Assembly: GCA_031253545.1 (NCBI GenBank)
Contig: JAIRWH010000009.1
Location: 3,066-67,065, forward strand
Reading direction: 5' to 3'
Source of the DNA: Oscillospiraceae bacterium
Lineage (GTDB): Bacteria; Bacillota; Clostridia; Oscillospirales; UBA929
DNA: 64,000 nucleotides
Part shown: one piece after another, positions 27,625 to 36,178 of the stretch
Layout: every line of letters starts with the position of its first letter
Position numbering within the stretch: position 1 is the stretch's first letter
Position numbers and translations under genes: made by a program
Notes under the pieces: generated by a model
What the model saw: only the letters and a program-made list of their open reading frames with translations
What the model was told of the DNA's origin: nothing
Database searches by the model: none

Positions 27625-28452
27625 TTATGAATGTTCCTCCGTAAACATGCGGGGCGCGCGGTCTAATTTCGCGTCCACGATGAGCTTGCGCGGGCATTTT
27701 TCGGCGCAGTCGCCGCAACCGGTGCATTTGTCGAAGTCTATTTCGGCCAAGTTGTCTATTACCCGGATGGCTTTGTGGACGCAAGTTTTCTCACAGACCT
27801 TGCACCCGAGACAGCCTATGTCGCACATGCGCCTCAGCGCCGCGCCCTTTTGCAGCGAGGAGCACGCCACGTTCACGTCGGCGTAATAGGGCACGGCGGT
27901 GATGATGCCTTTCGGGCAGGCGCGGGCGCATTTCATGCAGCACACGCAGCGCTCGTGGTCCACCACGGCCACGCCTTCCACAAGGCCGATTGCGCCGCGG
28001 GGGCAAACGGACACGCATGTGCCCAAGCCAATGCAGCCGTAGGGACATTCCTTTGGCGAGGCACCGCCGATACGCGTGGCGGCGCTGCAATCGCTCAAAC
28101 CCTCGTATTGGTATCTGTTTTTTGCCCTCAGCCCCCCGGAGCAACGCACAAGCGCCGTTTGGCGGGTGTTTTTGGCTTGCGGCGCACCGAGCAGCGCGGA
28201 GAGCTTTTCCGCCACAGCCGCGCCGCCGATTGCGCATTCGCCCGCGAGAGCGGGGGAGCGCAGGAGTTCATTGGCGAAAGCGGCGCAGCCGGGAAAGCCG
28301 CAAGCCCCGCAGTCGGTTTGCGGGAGCAGCTCCAATATGGCATCGGAGCCGCGGGTGCCGCGCACGGCAAAGACGCGGGAGGCCAGGGCGAGCAACAAGC
28401 CCAGCACGATGCCCATGCCGCCGAGAGCCAATACGGAATACAGAATGTCCAT
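27625..28452 (-). CDS. rnfB: Rnf complex subunit B (polyferredoxin)
   Basis: It has an N-terminal TM segment and CGACGFPGC. Ferredoxin motifs: CIGLGTCVSVCP, CVCCMKCARACP, CLGCKVCEKTC, CTGCGDCAEKCP. Confidence 0.85.
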   Translation of the reverse strand: MDILYSVLALGGMGIVLGLLLALASRVFAVRGTRGSDAILELLPQTDCGACGFPGCAAFANELLRSPALAGECAIGGAAVAEKLSALLGAPQAKNTRQTALVRCSGGLRAKNRYQYEGLSDCSAATRIGGASPKECPYGCIGLGTCVSVCPRGAIGLVEGVAVVDHERCVCCMKCARACPKGIITAVPYYADVNVACSSLQKGAALRRMCDIGCLGCKVCEKTCVHKAIRVIDNLAEIDFDKCTGCGDCAEKCPRKLIVDAKLDRAPRMFTEEHS

Positions 28453-28475
28453 AAATCACACCTTAAAACGTATGG

Positions 28476-29066
28476 TTATATAAGCAGCTGCAAGCCGGAG
28501 AAGCCGGAAAAGGCCATAGATATGAGCGAGGCCGTGACGAGCGCGATGGGCAGCCCCTCAAACGGGGCGGGGATGTCGCAGTATTCAAGGCGCTGGCGCA
28601 CGGAGGCGAAGAGCATGATGGCGAGCGTAAAGCCGCAGCCGGCAAAAAACGCGAAAAAGACGGATTCGATGAAGCCGGAGGCGTGGTCGGAATTGAGCAC
28701 GGTCACGCCGAGCACGGCGCAGTTGGTGGTAATGAGCGGCAGGTAGATACCCAACGCCGAATGGAGCGCGGGGAGGTATTTCTTGATGAACATTTCCGCG
28801 AACTGCACAAGCGCCGCTATGACCAAGATAAAGGCCACCGTGCGCATATATTCGAGCGAGAGGGCGCGGAGGAGGAACCTGTCCACGAGCCATGTGACGG
28901 CGGAGGCGGCGGTCATAACAAAGACGACGGCCATGCTCATGCCGAAGGCCGTGTCGGGTCTTTTGGACGCGCCGAGGAACGGGCAGATGCCGAGGAAACG
29001 CACGAGCACGAAGTTTTCTATGAGTATAGCGCCGAGGCTGATGGTCACAATGCTTTGGAGCGTCAC
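28476..29066 (-). CDS. rnfA: Rnf complex subunit A
   Basis: 196 aa from GTG 29066, which forms a GTGA overlap with the rnfE stop. The sequence contains ENFVLVRFLGICPFLG...LPLITTNCAVLG. The track ORF's 5' extension is Arg/His-rich junk. Confidence 0.85.
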   Translation of the reverse strand: MTLQSIVTISLGAILIENFVLVRFLGICPFLGASKRPDTAFGMSMAVVFVMTAASAVTWLVDRFLLRALSLEYMRTVAFILVIAALVQFAEMFIKKYLPALHSALGIYLPLITTNCAVLGVTVLNSDHASGFIESVFFAFFAGCGFTLAIMLFASVRQRLEYCDIPAPFEGLPIALVTASLISMAFSGFSGLQLLI

Positions 29067-29668
29067 GGCCTTTCCCCCTTCCTGCCGGATACGCGCTGTA
29101 TCAGCGCGATGAGTACCCCCAGCGTGAGGAAACCCCCCGCCGGCAACCCAAGCATAACTATGTCGGGGAAAGCGTCGGGCAGTACCCTGACACCCATCAG
29201 TTCGCCGTGGCCGAGCAGTTCGCGGATGACGGACAGTATGGTGAGCGCGAGGGTGAAACCGAGACCCATGGAAAGCCCGTCGAGCGCGGAGAGGAAAACG
29301 CCGTGCTTGGAGGCGAACGCCTCGGCCCTTGCGAGCACTATGCAGTTTACCACGATGAGGGGTATGAACATACCCAAAGAACGCGATATGGCGGGGAAGA
29401 GGGCTTTGAGCAGCATGTCCGCCACGGTGACAAACCCCGCTATTACGATGACGTAAGAAACTATGCGTATTTTGTCGGGGATAACTTTCCGCAAGAGCGA
29501 AATGAAAGAGTTGGAAAGTATAAGCACAGCCGTCACGGTCGCGCCCATGCCGAGGGCGTTGAGCAGCGAGGTGGATACGGCGAGCACAGGGCACATGCCC
29601 AAAAGCATGACAAACACGGGGTTGCGGGTGAATATGCCGTCACCGACGACCCTAAACGCGTATTTCAT
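29063..29668 (-). CDS. rnfE: Rnf complex subunit E
   Basis: MKYAFRVVGDGIFTRNPVFVMLLGMCPVLAVS...IPLIVVNCIVLARAE. An ATGA overlap links it to the rnfG stop. Confidence 0.85.
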   Translation of the reverse strand: MKYAFRVVGDGIFTRNPVFVMLLGMCPVLAVSTSLLNALGMGATVTAVLILSNSFISLLRKVIPDKIRIVSYVIVIAGFVTVADMLLKALFPAISRSLGMFIPLIVVNCIVLARAEAFASKHGVFLSALDGLSMGLGFTLALTILSVIRELLGHGELMGVRVLPDAFPDIVMLGLPAGGFLTLGVLIALIQRVSGRKGERP

Positions 29669-30360
29669 TCCCCGCCTCCTTCCCTGTAACGCCACACGGC
29701 TTCGCGCGCCTCATTGATACAGTTTAAGACCGCTTGCGAGGTGACCGTGGCACCGGCGAGCGCCTCGATGTCCTGCCCGTATTGCAGGCTGCCGTATTTG
29801 CCGGCAAACTGGCCGAGGAACCAAGGCTCGGAAGTAGCCCTGGCACCGTAGCCGGGGGTCTCGGTCATGGCGATGATTTCCACGCCGGTAATGGCAAGCT
29901 CCGGATCGAACCCCACCACGAGCGTGACCGTGCCGCTGAAACCTTCTGTGCCCACGACCACGGCGTAGCCCGCCGGAGCGCCGCCGCGCTCCGCCGTATA
30001 TACTGCGGCGAGCTCCGTGTCCCGGCGCGAGAAAGCATCCGCGGCGATGACCCTGCGCATGGCATCGCGCAGCCGGTTTTCCTCCGCCGCGAGGATAAGG
30101 TCCGCCGTGTGGCGGTTTACAATGCCCAGCAGCAAGGCCGTGACGGAGGTAATGAGGAACAGTGTGATGACTACGCCGTGTATCGTGCCTTGGTCAAACG
30201 TCACTTTCATCATATAGCCCGTCTTCCGCAGGACGCGCGCGGTGGTGTCTTTCGCGGCGAGGAGGGTGTCTGCGGACAGCGGGGGCGGCTTTGGCGCGCG
30301 CCGCTCCGATTCGGCCGCAGGTGTTTCCCGCGCGGCGGTGTCGGGTGTGTCGCCGTTCAT
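29665..30360 (-). CDS. rnfG: Rnf complex subunit G (FMN-binding)
   Basis: It has a TM segment VVITLFLITSVTALLLGIV and the FMN attachment-type motif LAGATVTSQAV. ATG 30360 overlaps the rnfD stop (ATGA). An alternative start at 30213 would remove a 49-aa low-complexity N-terminus. Confidence 0.8.
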   Translation of the reverse strand: MNGDTPDTAARETPAAESERRAPKPPPLSADTLLAAKDTTARVLRKTGYMMKVTFDQGTIHGVVITLFLITSVTALLLGIVNRHTADLILAAEENRLRDAMRRVIAADAFSRRDTELAAVYTAERGGAPAGYAVVVGTEGFSGTVTLVVGFDPELAITGVEIIAMTETPGYGARATSEPWFLGQFAGKYGSLQYGQDIEALAGATVTSQAVLNCINEAREAVWRYREGGGE

Positions 30361-31364
30361 TTTTTCGCCTCACCTCCAAACGGCCAAAGGGACTTCGCGC
30401 CGAAACGGCGCGGCCGCCCTATTTTGTCGAGGAACCAGACGGCGGTGTTCATGAGCAATATGGCGAAGCACACGCCTTCCGGCATACCTCCGAAACGGCG
30501 AATCAGCACGGTGAGCAACCCGCAGCCCACGGCGAAGAACACCTGCCCGAGATTTGTCACGGGGCTGGTGGTGTAGTCCGTGGCCATGAAGATGGCTCCG
30601 AGCATAAGGCCGCCGGAGAGTATATTGTAGAGCATATACTCCACGCCGGTGAAGCCGCCGGGCGGAAAGAGGAAGGAAAGGACGGCCACCGTGCCTATAA
30701 AGCAGAGCGGTATGCGCGGCGTGATGACCTTGCGGACAACAAGATACAGGCCGCCGAGCAGCAGGGCGATGGCGGACGTTTCGCCCAGACAGCCGGCTAT
30801 CTCGCCAAACAGGAGGTCTTGCAACTCCATGCCTTCCGGCAACACGCCTTGCTTTAAGAAGCCCAGCGGGGTGGGCGAAGCCACGGCATCCGGCATATTG
30901 ACAAACGAGAAGTCGCTGTCGAGAAAAGTGGGTTTTGTCCATTGGAATATGCCAAGTCCGAACGAGAGCGAGAGGAAAGCCCTGCCCGCCAGCGCGGGGT
31001 TCATAAAGTTCTTTCCCAGCCCGCCGTAGAGCTGTTTGACGATGACTATGGCAAAAAACGCGCCCGCCGCCACGGACCAATAGGGCACCGCCACGGGCAA
31101 GGTATACGCGAGGAGCATACCGGTAATTACGGCGGAGAAGTCGCCCACAGTGCCGGGCTTTCGCAGCATTTTTCTGTAAAGGAACTCAAAGGCCACGCAA
31201 CAAGCCACACTCAGGAGGGTGAGGTAGAGAGCCTTCACACCGAAGTAGTATACGGAGATGACGAGCGGGAAACAGAGCGCCACGATGACATCGGACATGA
31301 TGGCGCGCGTGTTTTCGTCGGAGCGTATATGCGGGGAGGAGGAGACAAGCAGCAACGGGTCCAT
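30357..31364 (-). CDS. rnfD: Rnf complex subunit D
   Basis: The start MDPLLLVSSSPHIRSDENTRAIM is typical of RnfD/NqrB. The protein is polytopic. The ATG at 31364 shares 1 nt with the rnfC stop. Confidence 0.85.
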   Translation of the reverse strand: MDPLLLVSSSPHIRSDENTRAIMSDVIVALCFPLVISVYYFGVKALYLTLLSVACCVAFEFLYRKMLRKPGTVGDFSAVITGMLLAYTLPVAVPYWSVAAGAFFAIVIVKQLYGGLGKNFMNPALAGRAFLSLSFGLGIFQWTKPTFLDSDFSFVNMPDAVASPTPLGFLKQGVLPEGMELQDLLFGEIAGCLGETSAIALLLGGLYLVVRKVITPRIPLCFIGTVAVLSFLFPPGGFTGVEYMLYNILSGGLMLGAIFMATDYTTSPVTNLGQVFFAVGCGLLTVLIRRFGGMPEGVCFAILLMNTAVWFLDKIGRPRRFGAKSLWPFGGEAKK

Positions 31365-32692
31365 TATTGCCTTCCCTCCGTTTCCGCGAGCTTTTGTTTG
31401 CCCGTGCGTATGCTGTGCACCAAGTGAAGGCGGCCCGGGCAGATATACGAGCAGTTGCCGCACTCGATGCAGTCGGATATGCGGTAGCGTTCGAGTAAAT
31501 CGCAGCGGTTGATACGCTCGTATGTGTAAAGGTATATCGGCTCTAACTTCATCGGGCAAACCCTCACGCATTTGCCACAGCGTATGCAGGTGGTGCGGTC
31601 GCGGGTGGTGTAAACCTCGGAACGGGAGAAGGCCAGCAGGGCGTTGCTGCCCTTGACAATGGGGGTTTTGAGGTCAAACTGCGCCACGCCCGTCATAGGG
31701 CCGCCCATAATGACCTTGCCGGGCGCTTCGCGAAACCCGCCCGTGGCGGCGAAGACCGTCTCCATCGGTGTGCCTATGCGTATGAGCAGGTTTTTGGCGT
31801 TGCTGACCGCGTTGCCGGAGACCGTGACGACCCTGCGTATGAGCGGGAGGCCTGTGGTGACCGCCCTGTGTATGGCGGCGGCGGTCTCCACGTTGAATAC
31901 CACGCAACCGACCGCCGGCGGAAACGAGCCTGCGGGAACCTCGCGGCCCGTGACGTATGCCACGAGTTGCCTTTCCGAGCCTTGCGGGTAACGGGCCGGC
32001 ACGGTGCGTACCTGTATGTCCGTGCGGCGCGGGAGGGTTTTGCGGATGGATTCGGCGGCGATATGCATGTTGGATTCCACGGCGATAATGCCGCTACCGA
32101 GACCAAAGATTTTCATGAGCACCTTCAGCCCGCCCACAACCTCTTCCGGCGCTTCGAGCATAAGGCGAAAATCCGAGGTCACATACGGTTCGCACTCGCA
32201 GCCGTTGATGAGTATGGTGTGCACCTTGCCCAAAGCCGAGCGGATTTTCGCGTGGGTGGGATACGACGAGCCGCTCATGCCCACAATGCCGGTTTCCCTG
32301 ATAATGGAAAGCAATTCCTCCGGCGTGAGCGATTCCACCGAGCCGTAAGGGGAGAGCTTGGGGTCGGGCGTGTCCAACCCGTCGTTTTTGATGATGATGC
32401 TGACTACCAAACTGCCGGCAGGGTGCGGGCGCGGCTCCACGGCCTCCACCCTGCCGGAGACGGGGGAGTGGATGGGGGCGGAGACGGGCGCGGCCGAATC
32501 GGCGATTTTTTGGCCGTAAAACACAAGGTCGCCCATGACCACCAATGGCTCGCATTGCGCGCCGGAGTGCATGGACAGGGGCAACACGAGGTATTCGGGA
32601 GGGGGGAGGGGCTCGATGTGCTTGTGCATAGTTTGGGCTTTGTTGTCGTCCGGGTGCACCCCGCCCCGGAAGCGGAAAAGCATGGGCGTCAC
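31364..32692 (-). CDS. rnfC: Rnf complex subunit C (NADH-binding, 2x[4Fe-4S])
   Basis: 442 aa, with FRGGVHP near the N-terminus and clusters CIRCGKCVRVCP and CIECGNCSYICP. Confidence 0.9.
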   Translation of the reverse strand: MTPMLFRFRGGVHPDDNKAQTMHKHIEPLPPPEYLVLPLSMHSGAQCEPLVVMGDLVFYGQKIADSAAPVSAPIHSPVSGRVEAVEPRPHPAGSLVVSIIIKNDGLDTPDPKLSPYGSVESLTPEELLSIIRETGIVGMSGSSYPTHAKIRSALGKVHTILINGCECEPYVTSDFRLMLEAPEEVVGGLKVLMKIFGLGSGIIAVESNMHIAAESIRKTLPRRTDIQVRTVPARYPQGSERQLVAYVTGREVPAGSFPPAVGCVVFNVETAAAIHRAVTTGLPLIRRVVTVSGNAVSNAKNLLIRIGTPMETVFAATGGFREAPGKVIMGGPMTGVAQFDLKTPIVKGSNALLAFSRSEVYTTRDRTTCIRCGKCVRVCPMKLEPIYLYTYERINRCDLLERYRISDCIECGNCSYICPGRLHLVHSIRTGKQKLAETEGRQ

Positions 32693-32730
32693 TTCTCTTT
32701 CGCAGTATGGCTGTGGGCGGATACCCCGCC

Positions 32731-32759
32731 ATTATATCAAACCCGGAGCGCCTTTACAA
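32731..32759 (-). promoter_or_regulatory. Sigma70-like promoter (extended -10) for the rnf operon
   Basis: On the minus strand: TTGTAA, 17 nt, TATAAT preceded by TGA. It lies about 38 nt upstream of the rnfC ATG. Confidence 0.5.
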
Positions 32760-32770
32760 GCCTTTTCGCG

Positions 32771-32796
32771 AACGGGGAGCAGCCAACGGGGAGCAG
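32771..32796. repeat. Perfect 12-bp direct repeat (AACGGGGAGCAG x2, 14-bp period) just upstream of the rnf -35
   Basis: Copies at 32771-32782 and 32785-32796, read directly. The proximal copy lies 11 nt from the -35 hexamer. Confidence 0.85.
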
Positions 32797-33066
32797 GCAA
32801 TCGTATTGTTATTGTTACGCGGCAAATCGCAAGCGGACTGTGTCGGAGATTTTCATCTCTCTTCGGGGGAGGGAAACAAGAAAACTCCCGCCTTATGATT
32901 ACCGGGGCAGTATACAATTGGCAGCGCCGTTTGTCCGCTCCCCGCAAACGAGGTGCGGACGGCGTACAAACGAAGCGCGCGGAACCCCGCGCAAATTATA
33001 TCTGCCTATCGTCACAATAGCGGCACTTGTCGTAACAGACATTGCGCCCGGTTGCGCACATGACGC

Positions 33067-33090
33067 GCCGCAAAAAAGTTTTTTTGCGGC
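33067..33090. repeat. Perfect palindrome GCCGCAAAAAA-GT-TTTTTTGCGGC
   Basis: Two 11-nt arms, read directly. It ends 2 nt before the zur -35 hexamer. Confidence 0.8.
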
Positions 33091-33092
33091 GC

Positions 33093-33121
33093 TTGACTTT
33101 TTGCGCCCATGCTGCTAAAAT
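33093..33121 (+). promoter_or_regulatory. Sigma70-like promoter for zur-znu
   Basis: TTGACT, 17 nt, TAAAAT. Confidence 0.55.
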
Positions 33122-33160
33122 GATACTGTGTCTCAATTTCGTTATCGGGGGGCGGCGCGT

Positions 33161-33574
33161 ATGCGTAGGGCGGCCACATACAGCACCAAACAGGGCGAAG
33201 CCGTGTTGCGCTTCCTCGCGTCGCAAAAAGACACCTTCTTCACGGCCTCCCAGATTACGGAGCGGCTGCGCGGCGCGGGCGTGGCCATATCGCGCCCCAC
33301 GGTATACCGCCGCCTTGAAGGCTTGGTGGCGCAGGGCAAGGCGCGAAAATACCTCTTCCACGGCTCGGACGCGCTTTGCTTCCAATACGCAGACCCCGCC
33401 GAGCGCCACAAAGGGCACTACCGCATGGAATGTTATTCCTGCCACGGGGTGTTCAGCCTCAAGTGCGACGAGCTCAACCTTATGTCGCGGCACATATTGG
33501 AAAGCCACGCGTTTCTGGTGGACGGCGGCAACACGGTATTTCACGGCAAGTGCGCCCTTTGCCTGCGGCAATAG
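33161..33574 (+). CDS. zur: Fur-family metalloregulator, probably Zur
   Basis: MRRAATYSTKQGEAVLRFLASQKDTFFTASQI...RPTVYRRLEGL forms a winged helix. Two CxxC pairs are present: CYSCHG and CALC. It sits directly upstream of the znuACB-like genes. The track start GTG 33128 is an alternative. Confidence 0.8.
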   Translation: MRRAATYSTKQGEAVLRFLASQKDTFFTASQITERLRGAGVAISRPTVYRRLEGLVAQGKARKYLFHGSDALCFQYADPAERHKGHYRMECYSCHGVFSLKCDELNLMSRHILESHAFLVDGGNTVFHGKCALCLRQ

Positions 33575-33611
33575 CGGCGTTTCCGAATAAAATGGAGAAA
33601 GAAGGCTAAAC

Positions 33612-34598
33612 ATGAAAACGGCACGAAAAGCGACCCTTATCCTGCTCGCCTTCGCCGTGCTTGCCACGTTGCCCGGCTGTAAAGGCGCAAACAGCGAAAG
33701 CGGCGGCGGCAAAATCAACGTGGTGTGCACCGTTTATCCGCAGTATGACTGGGTATGTGAAATAATCGGCAACAGGGCGGACAGTTTTGAGCTTACGCTC
33801 CTGGTGGACGGGCGCGCCGACCTGCACAGCTACCAGCCCTCTTTCGACGACAGGGTGAAGATTTCCGCTTGCGACTTATTTATCTATGTGGGCGGCGAAT
33901 CGGACGATTGGGTCGAAGATATGCTCGACGATGCCACAAACAAACGCCGGCGTGTTATCAACCTGCTCGACGAGCTCGGCGAGGCGGCAAAGGTCGAGGA
34001 AATCATCGAGGGAATGGAAGACGACGAGGATGACGAGGAAGAAGACGATGAGGACGAACCCGAATACGATGAGCACGTCTGGCTCTCGCTTAAAAACGCC
34101 GCGCTGTTTTGCGAGGTTATAACGCGGGAAATAAGCGCGCTTGACCCGGACGGCGCGGCGGAATACGCCGCCAATCTCGCCGCCTACACAAGCGCCTTAG
34201 ACGCTTTGGACGCGCGATACGCCGAGGCGGTAAACGCCGCGCCCATTCGCACAATCATCGTGGCCGACCGCTTCCCCTTCCGTTACCTTGCCGACGATTA
34301 CGGCATAGACTATTACGCCGCTTTCCCCGGCTGCTCGGCGGAAACGGAGGCGAGCTTCGACACCATCGTCTTTTTGGCCGCGAAAGCGGACGAACCGACA
34401 TCGGGCGCGATTGTCGTCACCGAAAGCTCGGATAAATCCGTCGCCGCGGCGGTACGCAACGAAACAGCAAAGAAAGACAAGGCCATTATTGTACTCGACT
34501 CCATGCAGTCCGTGTCGCAAAACGACATTTCGCGCGGCACGTCGTATTTGTCGGTCATGGAAAGCAACCTCGGCGCGCTCAAAGAGGCTCTGAAATAG
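33612..34598 (+). CDS. znuA: Metal (zinc-type) ABC transporter substrate-binding lipoprotein with acidic loop
   Basis: Lipobox LATLPGC. The fold is ZnuA/TroA-like (VVCTVYPQYDW...HSYQPS...DEHVWLS). A D/E-rich insertion reads EDDEDDEEEDDEDEPEYDEH. Confidence 0.85.
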   Translation: MKTARKATLILLAFAVLATLPGCKGANSESGGGKINVVCTVYPQYDWVCEIIGNRADSFELTLLVDGRADLHSYQPSFDDRVKISACDLFIYVGGESDDWVEDMLDDATNKRRRVINLLDELGEAAKVEEIIEGMEDDEDDEEEDDEDEPEYDEHVWLSLKNAALFCEVITREISALDPDGAAEYAANLAAYTSALDALDARYAEAVNAAPIRTIIVADRFPFRYLADDYGIDYYAAFPGCSAETEASFDTIVFLAAKADEPTSGAIVVTESSDKSVAAAVRNETAKKDKAIIVLDSMQSVSQNDISRGTSYLSVMESNLGALKEALK

Positions 34599-35321
34599 AT
34601 GGCAAAGCCCGAACCGCTTCTTGTGTGTGAAAACCTCACCCTCGGCTACGAGGGCAAGGCGGTGGTATCCGGCTTGTCTTTTTCCGTGAGCGAGGGCGAT
34701 TATTTGTGCGTGATGGGCGAAAACGGCTCCGGCAAAAGCACCCTGCTCAAAACCATATTAAAACTGCAAGCGCCCTTGTCCGGGCGGATTACCGTGGGCG
34801 GCGCGAATAAAAGCGCTTTCGGTTATTTGCCGCAGCAGACCGCCTCGCAGCGCGACTTTCCCGCGTCCGTCAGGGAGATAGTCCGCTCCGGTTGCCTTGG
34901 CCGTTGCGGTCTCCGCCCGCGTTACGGAAAGGCTGAAAAAGAGCTTGCGGAAGAGAATATGCGCAAGCTCGGCGTGGCTCCATACGCCGGGCGTTGTTTC
35001 CGCGAGCTGTCCGGCGGGCTGCAGCGGCGGGCGTTGCTTGCCAGAGCCTTATGCGCCGCGCAAAGGGCGCTTTTGCTCGACGAGCCGGCTTCGGGGCTTG
35101 ACCCGGAGGCGACGCGGGAAATGTACGCCCTCATTGCCGGGCTCAACGCCGCCGGCACCACCGTTATTATGGTTTCCCACGACATTGCCGCCTCGCTGGA
35201 ATATGTGTCGCACGTGCTGCATATCGGGTTGCAAAAGACCCTGTTTTTCGGCGCAAAAGACGAATACGCCGCAAGCGGCGTTGCCCGCGCGGGCGCGGCG
35301 GCGGGAGGCGCGAAGGCATGA
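34599..35321 (+). CDS. znuC: Metal ABC transporter ATP-binding protein
   Basis: Walker A GENGSGKST, signature LSGGLQRR, Walker B LLLDEP. Confidence 0.9.
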   Translation: MAKPEPLLVCENLTLGYEGKAVVSGLSFSVSEGDYLCVMGENGSGKSTLLKTILKLQAPLSGRITVGGANKSAFGYLPQQTASQRDFPASVREIVRSGCLGRCGLRPRYGKAEKELAEENMRKLGVAPYAGRCFRELSGGLQRRALLARALCAAQRALLLDEPASGLDPEATREMYALIAGLNAAGTTVIMVSHDIAASLEYVSHVLHIGLQKTLFFGAKDEYAASGVARAGAAAGGAKA

Positions 35322-36178
35322 CGGAGGTTTTGTACAAGCTCGCTTCATATATCACAGGCCACGCCTTTGTGCGCCACGCGCTCATTGTCACCGTGCTGGT
35401 GGCGCTTTGCGCCTCGCTCCTCGGTGTCACATTGGTGCTGAAACGGTTCTCGTTCATCGGCGACGGCCTCTCCCATGTGGCTTTCGGCGCCGCGGCCGTC
35501 GCCGCCGCGCTCAACCTGACAAACAATATGTTGCTTGTGTTGCCTTTTACCGTGATGTGCGCTATACTGTTATTACGCGTGGGCCGCCATTCCAAAATCA
35601 AGGGCGACGCGGCGCTCGCCCTCTGCTCCGTGAGCGCGCTGGGCATAGGCTACCTCATCATGAACCGCTTTTCCGTGTCGTCCAACGTGTCCGGCGATGT
35701 CTGCTCCTCACTGTTCGGCTCCACATCCATACTCACGCTCTCCGCCGGGGACGTGTGGCTCTGCGCCGCCTTGTCGTTTGCGGTCATCGCGGTATTCCTG
35801 CTCTTTTACCACAAAATCTTCGCCGTGACGTTTGACGAGGACTTCGCCGTGGCGGCGGGGGTGCCTGCAAAGACGTACAACCTCATACTCGCCGTGGCCA
35901 CGGCCGTAGTCATCGTGTTCGCCATGCGCCTTGTGGGCGCGTTGCTCGTTTCCGCCTTGGTGGTGTTCCCCGCCCTCTCCGCCATGCGCGTATTCAAGAG
36001 TTTCAAGTCCGTCACGGTCTGTTCGGTCGTCGTGGCCGTGGTTTGCGCCGTGTTCGGCATACTCTTCTCCATCGCCGCGGGCACGCCCGTGGGTTCCACC
36101 ATCGTAGCCGTGGACATCGCGGGTTTCCTCGTCCTCGGCGCAACCGGGTTTATCGTAAGGAGGTTTCGCCCGTCATGA
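35318..36178 (+). CDS. znuB: Metal ABC transporter permease (ABC-3 family)
   Basis: 286 aa and polytopic. A 4-nt overlap links it to znuC. Confidence 0.9.
   Translation: MTEVLYKLASYITGHAFVRHALIVTVLVALCASLLGVTLVLKRFSFIGDGLSHVAFGAAAVAAALNLTNNMLLVLPFTVMCAILLLRVGRHSKIKGDAALALCSVSALGIGYLIMNRFSVSSNVSGDVCSSLFGSTSILTLSAGDVWLCAALSFAVIAVFLLFYHKIFAVTFDEDFAVAAGVPAKTYNLILAVATAVVIVFAMRLVGALLVSALVVFPALSAMRVFKSFKSVTVCSVVVAVVCAVFGILFSIAAGTPVGSTIVAVDIAGFLVLGATGFIVRRFRPS

Noticed and set aside
32693-33000. Rex operator upstream of rnf
   Set aside because: I searched for TTGTGAA-N4-6-TTCACAA. Only the half-site-like TTGTGAC (minus strand, near 33010) is present, and it has no partner.
33093-33160. Zur box at the zur-znu promoter
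   Set aside because: I expected a palindrome like TCGTAATNATTACGA and saw only a weak fragment, TTTCGTTATCG. The nearby A6/T7 palindrome (33067-33090) does not resemble known Zur operators. I report it as an unexplained structure, not as a Zur site.
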